The notes beneath the pieces are model-generated. The model was not told the DNA's origin. It did no database searches and worked only from the letters and a program-made list of their open reading frames with translations. DNA of 63,544 nt, filler included. It is 5 parts of 5 records of this genome, joined end to end, with 100 filler letters (N's around TTAATTAATTAA, not from the genome) between each part and the next. Parts side by side here need not be neighbours in the genome. Positions count along the whole stretch, not along the records: positions 1 to 5,790 come from SRR31156797_3850; positions 5,891 to 22,050 come from SRR31156797_3864; 3 more parts are not named here. One strand, given 5' to 3'. Below, piece after piece: positions 1 to 8,830 of this stretch. Every line of letters begins with the position of its first letter. The stretch's first letter is position 1. The position numbers were made by a program, and so were the translations under genes.

Positions 1-2260
1 GGATTTCATGGCTCATGTTGGCAAGGAAGTCACTTTTGGCGTGGGTGGCCTCCTCGGCCTTTGCCTTCTGCATATCCAGATCTTCCATCATGTTCAGCAT
101 GGCGGACTGGGCGGCGTCCAGCTCCTGCAGGTTTTTGTTTAGTTCCTCCTCGTCTTTCTTGCGGTCGGAGATGTCTATAATGGTGGTGATCGTTACCAAG
201 TCCCCGTCGGGAAGTTTAAATGCGGAAGAGTTCATTAGAACATCAAAGGAGCGACCGACCAAGGTGCACAAACGTGTCTCAAGCGATACCGCCTCTCCAT
301 TCCGTAGGGCTGGATAGATGATCTGTCCCGCGCGTTCAAATTCCTCTTCGTCCACATAAAAGGTTCGCACTTCCATGCCAACCATTTTCTCAGGGTCAAT
401 ACCCAGCATTTTCCCCAGCATATTATTCGCCAGGATGAATTTTCGGTCCTTCACAAGGGCGATGCCGATTGGAGCGGTATTGACGATCGATCGCAGACGT
501 TCTTCGTTCTCCTGCAACCTTTCCTCCACTTTTTTGCGGTCGGATATATCTAAGAATGTAACGACTATTTCCGCGGGCCCCGTGGCAAGTACAAATGCGG
601 TGGCGTTCAGGAGGACATCAAACGGCTTTCCATCCGAGTGGCGCATTCGCACTTCTAAAGACACCGTCTCACCCCGCCCCAGTGGTGGGTACACCGCCTG
701 CCCCACACGTTCAAATTCCTCGTCGTCCACATAAAAGGATCGCGTTTCCATGCCAACCATTTTGTCGGGGTCATATCCCAGCATTTTCCCCAGCATATTG
801 TTTGCCATGGTGAATTTCCGGTCTCTCACAAGCGCCATTCCGATTGGAGCGGTATTAACGATCGCCCTTAGACGCTCTTCGTTCTCCTTAAGCCGCGCAG
901 CCACCTTTTTGCGGTCGGTGATGTCTTCCTTGATAGCCAGGTAGTGGGTTATGCTTCCATCGGCTGATTTCACGGGTGAGATGTGAGCAGACTCCCAGTA
1001 TTGCTCGCCGTTTTTCTTTTTGTTCAGCAGTTCACCCCACCACTCCCTACCGGTACTGAGCGTTTTCCAGAGTTCCTGATAAATCTCAGGCGAGGTTTCA
1101 TCCGACTTGAGGATGCGGGGGTTTTGGCCAAGGGCTTCCTGTTTACTGTATCCGGTCACCTCGCAGAATTTGGCGTTCACATATTCAATGTTTCCGGCAA
1201 GGTCGGTAATGACCACCGAAGCGGGACTTTGTTCCACAGCTTTGGAAAGCTTACCAAGCTCCTCAGTGAACTCTTTGAGTTCCTTTTCCGCCCGTTTGCG
1301 TTCGCCTATTTCGCGCCGCAATTTCCTGTTCCAAAACAAGAAACTGAACAAAATAAGCAATGCGGCGCCACCTGCGACGAATAACCATTTCAGGATATCC
1401 GATGAGACGAGGGCATGCTCGTAGCGGATTGATGTCCAACGCTGTTGAATGAAATCCCGCTCGGTTTGAGTGATGGATGCCAGCACTTTATTAAGAATGC
1501 CCACCAGCATGGGCCAATCCTTCCGGACACCCATTCCCAGTTCATTGATCTTATCGGCGGTGGGTGCGGCCACTTTCAGGTTGGCAAGGCCCAATTGCCC
1601 AATGTAGTAACTCCCCACAGCTAGATTTATAACGTAGGCATCGGCTTTTCCCAGGGAAACCGCTTCGAGAGCCTCGGGAATGGATTTCACAAAATAAAAA
1701 TCTATCTTGGGATAACGTTTCTTTAACCTGGCGTAATAGGCAAGCGTTTTAATTTCCGCAACCTTTTTGCCGCTCAAATCGGCCAAGCCGCCGATAAAAG
1801 GGTAGTCCTTGCGAGTGATGATCACCAGGGGAAAAGAGAGGTATGGTTTGGTGTATGTCAAGAAGTCTTTACGTGCCGGCGTTTCGGCAACGCAGGGGAA
1901 AAGGTCTATCTTTTTGGCCCGGCCCATGGCCAGGGCCTGCTTGAAGGTGATCCCAAAAACCACATCCATCTTGACGCCAAGACGTTTTTCAATGAGGGAA
2001 ACATAGTCAGAGACCATTCCCTTGAACTGGTAGGCCCCGTTCTTCTCTTCCACGTACATGATGGGGATAAACTTGGTGCCCACACCCAGACGCAGGGTTG
2101 GGTGCTCCTTGAGCCAATGCTGTTCAGACTGTGTCAGATTTTGTTTGGGCCAGGTGCCGTGGTCTTCAGGTGGGTTCTCCTGGTTCCCTGCCGCCACGGG
2201 GGGGACAAATAGAAATATTGCCCAAAGAACGAAGGTGACGATAACGGTATTCAATCTCAC
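1..2260 (-). CDS. Sensor histidine kinase (periplasmic family-3 substrate-binding domain, TM, 3 PAS, HisKA); 3' end truncated by window edge
   Basis: Absent from the ORF track because there is no stop in the window. Manual translation: GTG at 2260 with AGGAG SD, signal-like N-terminus, LTQSEQHWLKEHPTLRLG PBP start, three PAS domains ending DITDRKK/DISDRKK, then AKSDFLANMSHEI (H-box typical of hybrid kinases) at positions 2-40. Confidence 0.92.
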   Translation of the reverse strand, partial: MRLNTVIVTFVLWAIFLFVPPVAAGNQENPPEDHGTWPKQNLTQSEQHWLKEHPTLRLGVGTKFIPIMYVEEKNGAYQFKGMVSDYVSLIEKRLGVKMDVVFGITFKQALAMGRAKKIDLFPCVAETPARKDFLTYTKPYLSFPLVIITRKDYPFIGGLADLSGKKVAEIKTLAYYARLKKRYPKIDFYFVKSIPEALEAVSLGKADAYVINLAVGSYYIGQLGLANLKVAAPTADKINELGMGVRKDWPMLVGILNKVLASITQTERDFIQQRWTSIRYEHALVSSDILKWLFVAGGAALLILFSFLFWNRKLRREIGERKRAEKELKEFTEELGKLSKAVEQSPASVVITDLAGNIEYVNAKFCEVTGYSKQEALGQNPRILKSDETSPEIYQELWKTLSTGREWWGELLNKKKNGEQYWESAHISPVKSADGSITHYLAIKEDITDRKKVAARLKENEERLRAIVNTAPIGMALVRDRKFTMANNMLGKMLGYDPDKMVGMETRSFYVDDEEFERVGQAVYPPLGRGETVSLEVRMRHSDGKPFDVLLNATAFVLATGPAEIVVTFLDISDRKKVEERLQENEERLRSIVNTAPIGIALVKDRKFILANNMLGKMLGIDPEKMVGMEVRTFYVDEEEFERAGQIIYPALRNGEAVSLETRLCTLVGRSFDVLMNSSAFKLPDGDLVTITTIIDISDRKKDEEELNKNLQELDAAQSAMLNMMEDLDMQKAKAEEATHAKSDFLANMSHEI

Positions 2261-2313
2261 TAGGTTCTCCTATGCGCACCAATGTCTTCGGTGCAATCCG
2301 GTCAAGCGTTAAC

Positions 2314-5300
2314 TCAGTGGATCTTGTACTCTTCCGGCCTGCCGCTTTCAGTCAGCAGCTGGTTGATCTCCTTTTTCAGCTCAATCATCATGTGCTCCCG
2401 GCCGACGGCAAGCCTCCGGAAGCGGGTCAGTTCATCGAATTTAATTTCCAGTTCCTTGGTCGTCTCTTTCATTTCAGTGGTGTCTACCCACCAACTGAGG
2501 ATTGCAGGTTTTCCGTTGTATTCGATTTTGAAATAATAGGAAAGTACGTCGCAAACCCCTCCTTTGGAATCATAGGCTTTTAATTCATAATTTCGAACCA
2601 TTCCGGTTCTTTCAAGTTCTTTGATAACATAATCGCGATCTTCCGGATTCACATAGATGTCAATCGGCATATCCCCTTTTTTGAGACCGAAAAATTCGGT
2701 CAAGAACTCATTTGAATATTGTATGATGCCATCGACAGAAATAACCACGGCGACAGGGCAGGTATCGAGTATCCGTTGAAGTCGCTCATGTTCCTCGGAC
2801 AAGGCTTTTTCCATGCGTCGGCGCTCCGTAATATCACGGACGGAAGCGACCACAAGAAGTCCTTCGGCTGTTTCGATGGGACTCAGGCCGATATCCATGG
2901 GCATTTTCCGCCCGTCCTTGGCAACACCATAGAAATCACTCCGAAATCCCATGGAAAACCGCTTCCGATCGGCATAAAACCTGGTGCGATAATCCGGATG
3001 CACATCCCGGATCTCCTCCGGAACCAGCATTTCAATCTTCTTGCCGATCAGCTCTGCCCGAGAATATCCAAAAACAGCTTCCGTTTCGGAATTAACCAGG
3101 ACAATGTTGCCGGCTTCATCGGTGACAATCATGGCGTCGGGCGCCGATTCAAGCAGGGCGGAGAAACGCTCTTCGGCGGCTCTTCGTTCGGTAATATCCG
3201 CAAAGGTGATCACCGCACCCACAAGGCTGCCGTTTTTCTCCATGGGCGTACTCGCGTATTCCACGGGAAAATGGCTCCCATCCTTTCGCCAGAGAACTTC
3301 GTTAGCCACGCGATGGGCAGTCCCTTCGGTAAAGGATTTAAACATGGGACAGTGTTGTATTAAATAGATCGTTCCGTCCTCATGGGAGTGGTGAATGGTC
3401 GGATGAATATTTTTTCCGATGAGTTCTTCTTCGCTGTACCCGAGCAGGTTCAGGGCGGCCGGGTTTGCGAAGATACATACCCCCTCTTTGTCCACGCCAA
3501 AAATACCCTCGCCGGCCGAATGGAGAAGCAGGCGGGACCGTTCCTCGGCGGTTTGAAGCAGTTCCTGTTTTTCCGCCAGTTCCGCGGTTCTTTCTTCAAC
3601 CTTATCTTCCAGGGTGTCTTTTGCCTCGATCAACGACTTGTGAGTGCGTTCACCCATGGCCAGGACAAATAATGTTGAACAGAGAAACAAAACCAGGGTC
3701 AGCCCCAGCACGGTCAGAATAATGAATCTAACCCGAAAATAGTTCGATAGCGCCTCGTCGAAACCAATTTCCGCCGCGATTCCCAGTTCGAGGTTCTTGT
3801 CCCAGACCCATGCGCCAACCACGGGAACGCCGCGGTAGTCCGGGTAACCACCAATATCCACTTCGATGTTTGAATGACCGAAGGTGGCGCCCGCAGCCTC
3901 CATTCTTGCTTTGAGAGCAATGGCTCCGGCTGCCGCACGTGTCAGCGGCAGACTGGATCTTTCGGATGCGGGATGGTGACCTTCCAGCATGTTGCCGCCG
4001 GGGTCTCTTATCTCGAGGTTTAAGGCTGCCGTTTGATCTTTTTCAATCAGGCCTATTTCACGCAACTGGGTGTCAAATTTCGTGTCGGTTACAAGCCTTC
4101 CGCTAACATCAAAGGCATAGGTTTCCTCGGTTCCCTTTCTACCCAGCATTCCCAGGATTTTTGAAAAATCTTTCAAAGGGTCTACCCTCAGGGTCATGGC
4201 CGCGATGGTCTTCCCTGTAGAATTTTGGATGGGTCCGATAAAAAACATGGTGGGAGGCTTGCGCTTCTGCTTTGAATCGGGAACTTCCTTCAGTTGAACA
4301 TCAGATTCCATGGCAGGCACGAAGTTTACCTGCCCATCAAGAGCCTTTTGGATCAAACCCGGATATTTGTCTACTATCAAATTACGTGTCCCGACGTTGG
4401 AATTACGCATGGAACCAATGCTGATATCTTGAGGGCTAATGATAAAAAATCCTATATTGGAAAAAATGTCTTTATTGTTTTTGAAGTAGTGGCGGACTTT
4501 CTCCAAGGCTTTCGACGTCAGCAAAGATTCGGGATTGGGGGGGATCGTCAATAATTCTTCCACGAGTCGCACCAACTCGGGATCTCGCCCCAGTTGCTTC
4601 ATAAATGCTTTTCTGTCAGCTTCCCAAACGCCGAGACCCTCTTCCGATATCAACAGCACCCTCTTAAGATTTTGCCCCACCCCTTGCAAAACCGCAGCCT
4701 TGATGCGCGTCAGAGCAAACCAACCAAGCGATGCAACAATAAGCACGAAGAAGCATAAACCGGCGATAACGATAGAACGAAAACGGCGCGAACCGAAACC
4801 GGCCAACATACTTTCTTGTTTGCTTAATTTGAGGAAAACCAAAGCGAGTAAAATGATAGCGATAAGAGTGGCCCCGGCGTAGCCAAGCAGCTTTCCAAAA
4901 GATAGGGGCAGGTCAGATTCCGACTTGGCCGCGCTCATTGTTATGGGAATCCATTTGTTTAAAATCGCGTTCATCTCCGCTTTGGTGATGGACTCCAATC
5001 CCTTGTTGATGATGCTGACCAGTTCAGGCCAGTCGGACCTAACCCCAATGTGGAAAGGCGGCGATTTCACTCCGGCTTGGGCGGCGATTTTTAAATTTGT
5101 AAGCCCGTTTTGCTCGATCAAATAACCAACCACGCCCAAATTGTCGATATAGGCGTCCACCTGGTTGCTCATGACCGCTTCCAGCCCGGCCAGAGGCGTC
5201 TTAACCATGATGATATTGAGATCGGGGAACGCTTTGCGACTTAGTTCGACAATGGCAAAATCTTTTGCCATTGCAACCTTGTCTTTGGTCATGTCGCCAA

Positions 5301-5790
5301 GGTTCTTTACAGACCGGAAATTCTTGTTGGTCACGATGACATAGGGACTCTTTAGCAGGGGCTTGCTGAATTTGAGATACTTTTCCCTTGTCGGTGTCTT
5401 AACTAGAATGGAAATGACGTCCAGGCGGCGGTCACGGCCAGCCTCGAGAACCTGCGTCCAGGTCAAATCGGGGAGAAGGTCGAACTTTATGTCCAGGCGC
5501 TTGCTCAGCAAAGCCATCACATCCGCGGCAACACCCCTTTGCTTTCCGGATGCATCGAAAAAATCATAGGGTGGCCATGCGGAATCGGCTCCCAGGCGGA
5601 GCACCCTGTGCTTTGCCAGCCAGGTCCTTTCCGCATCGGTCAGCCGAATGTTATCTTCATGGGTGAGTTCATCTTTCTGCGAATCCGAAGGCATCCAGCG
5701 TTTGGCCAGGCGCCTGTGCTCCTCGGGTGTAATTGACAACAGGGCTTTATCCAGGATTGTTGCCAGAATCGGCCAGTCATTACGAACGGC
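2314..5790 (-). CDS. Membrane sensor with at least 2 periplasmic substrate-binding domains, Cache-like domain and 3 PAS domains, no kinase/output domain; 5' end truncated
   Basis: 1141-aa ORF, open to the contig end (AVRNDWPILATILDKAL is the end of an earlier PBP repeat). PBP motifs (WPPYDF, GVRSDWPEL), TM helices, three PAS domains; ends LAVGREHMMIELKKEINQLLTESGRPEEYKIH*. Confidence 0.9.
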   Translation of the reverse strand, partial: AVRNDWPILATILDKALLSITPEEHRRLAKRWMPSDSQKDELTHEDNIRLTDAERTWLAKHRVLRLGADSAWPPYDFFDASGKQRGVAADVMALLSKRLDIKFDLLPDLTWTQVLEAGRDRRLDVISILVKTPTREKYLKFSKPLLKSPYVIVTNKNFRSVKNLGDMTKDKVAMAKDFAIVELSRKAFPDLNIIMVKTPLAGLEAVMSNQVDAYIDNLGVVGYLIEQNGLTNLKIAAQAGVKSPPFHIGVRSDWPELVSIINKGLESITKAEMNAILNKWIPITMSAAKSESDLPLSFGKLLGYAGATLIAIILLALVFLKLSKQESMLAGFGSRRFRSIVIAGLCFFVLIVASLGWFALTRIKAAVLQGVGQNLKRVLLISEEGLGVWEADRKAFMKQLGRDPELVRLVEELLTIPPNPESLLTSKALEKVRHYFKNNKDIFSNIGFFIISPQDISIGSMRNSNVGTRNLIVDKYPGLIQKALDGQVNFVPAMESDVQLKEVPDSKQKRKPPTMFFIGPIQNSTGKTIAAMTLRVDPLKDFSKILGMLGRKGTEETYAFDVSGRLVTDTKFDTQLREIGLIEKDQTAALNLEIRDPGGNMLEGHHPASERSSLPLTRAAAGAIALKARMEAAGATFGHSNIEVDIGGYPDYRGVPVVGAWVWDKNLELGIAAEIGFDEALSNYFRVRFIILTVLGLTLVLFLCSTLFVLAMGERTHKSLIEAKDTLEDKVEERTAELAEKQELLQTAEERSRLLLHSAGEGIFGVDKEGVCIFANPAALNLLGYSEEELIGKNIHPTIHHSHEDGTIYLIQHCPMFKSFTEGTAHRVANEVLWRKDGSHFPVEYASTPMEKNGSLVGAVITFADITERRAAEERFSALLESAPDAMIVTDEAGNIVLVNSETEAVFGYSRAELIGKKIEMLVPEEIRDVHPDYRTRFYADRKRFSMGFRSDFYGVAKDGRKMPMDIGLSPIETAEGLLVVASVRDITERRRMEKALSEEHERLQRILDTCPVAVVISVDGIIQYSNEFLTEFFGLKKGDMPIDIYVNPEDRDYVIKELERTGMVRNYELKAYDSKGGVCDVLSYYFKIEYNGKPAILSWWVDTTEMKETTKELEIKFDELTRFRRLAVGREHMMIELKKEINQLLTESGRPEEYKIH

Positions 5791-5890
5791 NNNNNNNNNN
5801 NNNNNNNNNNNNNNNNNNNNNNNNNNNNNNNNNNTTAATTAATTAANNNNNNNNNNNNNNNNNNNNNNNNNNNNNNNNNNNNNNNNNNNN
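5791..5890. other. Artificial contig spacer (N44-TTAATTAATTAA-N44)
   Basis: Identical 100-nt linker with six-frame stops occurs four times. Confidence 0.99.
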
Positions 5891-5918
5891 ACCGGGGGTT
5901 CGAATCCCCCCCTCTCCG
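5891..5918 (+). tRNA. tRNA 3' fragment, probably tRNA-Ser (T-arm and 3' acceptor strand, CCA not encoded)
   Basis: ACCGGGGGTTCGAATCCCCCCCTCTCCG: GGGGG-TTCGAAT-CCCCC T-arm and a Ser-type ...CTCTCCG end. Anticodon not in the contig; tRNA-Ser before ffs-dnaX is a common arrangement. Confidence 0.8.
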
Positions 5919-5925
5919 TATTTTT

Positions 5926-6048
5926 CCCTTCAGTGTTGATTCCCAGGCTCCATGCAATTGAACATCGCCCAACCCGGTCAGGACCGGAAGGTAGCAGCCG
6001 TAAGCGAACGTTTGATGTGCCATGGCAGGCTTGGAGGGAGCTGGAGGG
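5926..6048 (+). ncRNA. ffs: Small SRP RNA (4.5S)
   Basis: Helix-8 signature GTCAGGACCGGAAGGTAGCAGC at 5977-5998 inside a long hairpin (CCCTTCAG...CTGGAGGG) followed by a T run; directly upstream of dnaX. Ends approximate. Confidence 0.93.
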
Positions 6049-6072
6049 ATTTTTTTTGCCCTCCCCTTAATC

Positions 6073-6101
6073 TTGATGGCAGCCCCCCTTTCAGATATAC
6101 T
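6073..6101 (+). promoter_or_regulatory. Sigma70-type promoter for dnaX
   Basis: TTGATG (6073-6078), 17-nt spacer, TATACT (6096-6101); ATG 9 nt downstream with no SD. Confidence 0.6.
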
Positions 6102-6110
6102 TGACCCCAT

Positions 6111-7313
6111 ATGGAATTTGAAGTTACCGCCTCACGGAAACGACCTCAATCTCTCGTCGAGTTGTCGGGTCAGGATTTTGTCGTAGCCACCCTCAAGAAC
6201 TCTATCGAATCGGGACGCATAGCCCATGCCTATCTCTTTTCCGGTCCCCGCGGAGTGGGTAAAACATCGTCGGCCCGCATTTTGGCCCGGTCTCTCAACT
6301 GCGAGAAGGGCCCCAGCATCACACCCTGCGGCGTCTGTTCCAACTGCGTGGAGATAGCCCGGGGCAATTCGATGGACGTTATCGAGATAGACGGTGCCTC
6401 CAATACGGGTGTCAACGATATCCGGGAGATCAAGGACGAGGTCCTTTTCGGACCCGGAAGCTCCCGTTATAAGATCTATATTATCGATGAGGTCCATATG
6501 CTCTCCAACAGTGCTTTCAACGCCCTGTTGAAGACTATCGAAGAGCCCCCTCCCTATATCATATTCATCTTCGCCACCACCGAGATCCACAAGGTGCCCG
6601 CCACCATCCGGTCCCGCTGTCAGCAGTTTAATTTTCGGCTTGTGGAGCTTGGAGAGATCAAAAGGCTTTTGGCCAATGTCTGCGACGAGATAGCCGTCAA
6701 GTACGATGAGGACGCCCTGTTCTGGATCGCCAGGGAGTCCACGGGTTCGGTCAGAGACGCCTATACCCTTTTCGATCAGATCGTATCCTTCTCGGAGGGC
6801 TATATCACCCTGGATAAGATCCGGGAGAAGCTCGGCCTTATAGGTATGGATCAGCTGAACGATCTGATGAGCCTGCTGGTGGAGGAGAAGGTTAACGATG
6901 CCCTGGATCTTCTGGATGCCATCCTCTCCGGAGGCGTATCGGTTGAACAGTTCATCATCGACCTGGCGGAGTATCTGAGGAACATCCTTTTTATCATTCA
7001 CGGCGTGAAGAAAGAGTCCCTTCTCGGGTATACGGCCGACCGCTTCTCATCCTCCCTGTTTGAGAATCTAAATGCCAAGCAGATAGAGTGGGCTCTGGAA
7101 GAAGCCATCACCCTGTTCAGGGAGATAAGATACTCTCTGAATCCCCGTTTTGAACTGGAACTTCTGATCAGCCGGATTTCATCCATCCGCTATCATATAG
7201 ACCCGAAGGAACTCCTGGGCGAACTGGCACGGATGCGGGAAAAACTCGGTTCCGCCGGCTCCCCCTCCGCCGTGGCTGCGCCTGTACGGGAGGCCCCAAA
7301 AAAAAAAGCCTGA
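6111..7313 (+). CDS. dnaX: DNA polymerase III subunit gamma/tau, zero-frame (gamma-length) product
   Basis: HAYLFSGPRGVGKTS Walker A, C..CGVCSNC Zn module, IIDEVHML Walker B, SRC motif; 400 aa ending at an A10 run. Confidence 0.98.
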   Translation: MEFEVTASRKRPQSLVELSGQDFVVATLKNSIESGRIAHAYLFSGPRGVGKTSSARILARSLNCEKGPSITPCGVCSNCVEIARGNSMDVIEIDGASNTGVNDIREIKDEVLFGPGSSRYKIYIIDEVHMLSNSAFNALLKTIEEPPPYIIFIFATTEIHKVPATIRSRCQQFNFRLVELGEIKRLLANVCDEIAVKYDEDALFWIARESTGSVRDAYTLFDQIVSFSEGYITLDKIREKLGLIGMDQLNDLMSLLVEEKVNDALDLLDAILSGGVSVEQFIIDLAEYLRNILFIIHGVKKESLLGYTADRFSSSLFENLNAKQIEWALEEAITLFREIRYSLNPRFELELLISRISSIRYHIDPKELLGELARMREKLGSAGSPSAVAAPVREAPKKKA

Positions 7314-7867
7314 AGCCCGCTGAGACGGGCTTGAGCGATGCCTTTGACAAGATGCTCCGCGATCGTGGAGAGAGGGTCCCCGACTCTTCTCCCGTTACAA
7401 CGGAGAAGCTTCCGGAAGAGCTCCCTCCGGTTTCTGCCGCTCCCCCCGCGGAGCTGAAGACGGAGGAAGCGGAAACCGAGGAAGAGCCGGAGATATCTCC
7501 TCATGCCGTTCCTTCCGCCGTCCATTCTGGCAATCTGCCGCCCATGGACACCCTCAAGGATCAAATATTGGGCGCCCTTCGTAGGGTGAGGCATTCCCTG
7601 GCCGCTACTATGGAGAAGGCCGAGCAGTGGGAGATGAACGGCGATACCCTCGTTCTGACATTCCGATCGACATTCGAGAAGTCTTTCCTCGAGAAGGAAC
7701 GGCATGAAATTGAAAAAATAATACTGGAAAGCCTGAACTACAGACTTCATCTTGATACGCAGCTCAGAAAGCGCGAAGAGCAGAGTACGTCGCATGAAGT
7801 GGAGGAGCAGGTGGAGTTGGTCCGCTCGGTTTTCCGCGGAACCATCATGAAAAGGAGTGAATCATGA
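7307..7867 (+). CDS. dnaX: C-terminal tau-specific part of DnaX, in the -1 frame
   Basis: The -1 frame is open from the A10 run (AGC CTG AAG CCC GCT GAG ACG GGC TTG...) into the 7331 ORF. P/E-rich linker, then a domain ending VELVRSVFRGTIM as in tau C-termini. The TTG at 7331 has no SD and sits in a hairpin. Confidence 0.82.
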   Translation, partial: SLKPAETGLSDAFDKMLRDRGERVPDSSPVTTEKLPEELPPVSAAPPAELKTEEAETEEEPEISPHAVPSAVHSGNLPPMDTLKDQILGALRRVRHSLAATMEKAEQWEMNGDTLVLTFRSTFEKSFLEKERHEIEKIILESLNYRLHLDTQLRKREEQSTSHEVEEQVELVRSVFRGTIMKRSES

Positions 7868-8184
7868 GTTTCAATCCCCTGGATTTTGTGAAGAATCTGC
7901 AGGAAATGCAGGGAAAGATGGGAGAGGTGCAGGAGAAACTCAAGGATATTGAGGCTGAGGGCAGTTCCGGAGGCGGACTGGTCAACGTCAAGATGAACGG
8001 TCAGATGGAGATCGTCGGCGTCACCATCGATCCCCTGGCGGTGGATCCCCGGGACGTGAAGATGCTTGAAGAGCTGATCGTGTCCGCGTCCACGGCCGCT
8101 TCCACAAAGGTCAGGGAGAAGATCAAGGAGGAGGTCAGCGGCATGGCAGGACTTCCTCCAGGGTTTCCCGGTATGAACATATGA
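7864..8184 (+). CDS. ybaB: YbaB/EbfC nucleoid-associated protein
   Basis: EGSSGGGLVNVKMNG, DVKMLEELIVSA; dnaX-ybaB-recR synteny. Confidence 0.96.
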   Translation: MSFNPLDFVKNLQEMQGKMGEVQEKLKDIEAEGSSGGGLVNVKMNGQMEIVGVTIDPLAVDPRDVKMLEELIVSASTAASTKVREKIKEEVSGMAGLPPGFPGMNI

Positions 8185-8768
8185 ACACCCTGGACAATCT
8201 TATCACTCTGCTCTCCCGCCTTCCGGGAATCGGGAAGAAGAGCGCCGTCCGGATGGCCTACGCTCTCCTGAAGGGAGATGAGGAGTATAACCGCCTTCTG
8301 GGTGAAGCGGTCTCCGAGCTCAAGGAGAGGATCCGAAAATGCAGGGAGTGCGGGAACTATACGGAGGAGGAGCTTTGCCCCATATGCTCCTCGGCCGACC
8401 GTGACAGTTCTCAGCTCTGTGTCGTCGAAGAGTCCCAGGATGTGATGATGATTGAGAGCACCGGGGAGTTCAGAGGGCTTTATCATGTCCTCCACGGCGT
8501 CCTCTCTCCCCTGGACGGCATGGGTCCCCGCGAACTGGGCTTCGACAGTCTGATTGAGAGGATAGACCGTCTTGATGTGAAGGAGCTCATCCTGGCGACC
8601 AATCCGACTATGGAGGGCGATTCCACGGCCCTGTACATCAAACAGCTTCTTGCGAATAGGGAGCTGAAGGTCTCCCGAATTGCCACGGGACTGCCCGTGG
8701 GGGGTGATATGGAGTATGCCGACAAGATGAGCATCTCCCGGGCCCTGAAGGGTCGGCTGGACTATTGA
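8181..8768 (+). CDS. recR: Recombination mediator RecR
   Basis: LPGIGKKSA HhH, C4 zinc finger, Toprim (ILATNPTMEGDSTA), GLPVGGDMEYAD. Confidence 0.98.
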   Translation: MNTLDNLITLLSRLPGIGKKSAVRMAYALLKGDEEYNRLLGEAVSELKERIRKCRECGNYTEEELCPICSSADRDSSQLCVVEESQDVMMIESTGEFRGLYHVLHGVLSPLDGMGPRELGFDSLIERIDRLDVKELILATNPTMEGDSTALYIKQLLANRELKVSRIATGLPVGGDMEYADKMSISRALKGRLDY

Positions 8769-8785
8769 CGACGAGAAGATAAGCG

Positions 8786-8815
8786 AAAAAAAAGAGCGCC
8801 CGCAGCGCTCTTTTT
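8786..8815. terminator. Bidirectional intrinsic terminator between recR and the GH63-like gene
   Basis: AAAAAGAGCGC-CCGCA-GCGCTCTTTTT between convergent genes. Confidence 0.8.
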
Positions 8816-8830
8816 CTGTTTCCCGCGGAT

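Noticed and set aside
5791-5890. TTAATTAATTAA palindrome within N runs (four copies) and ORFs crossing them
   Set aside because: Artificial linker; no biological adjacency can be inferred across spacers.
7331-7867. Stand-alone 178-aa hypothetical gene with TTG start
   Set aside because: No SD, start buried in a hairpin, frame open back to the dnaX A run, tau-like content; better explained as the dnaX C-terminus.
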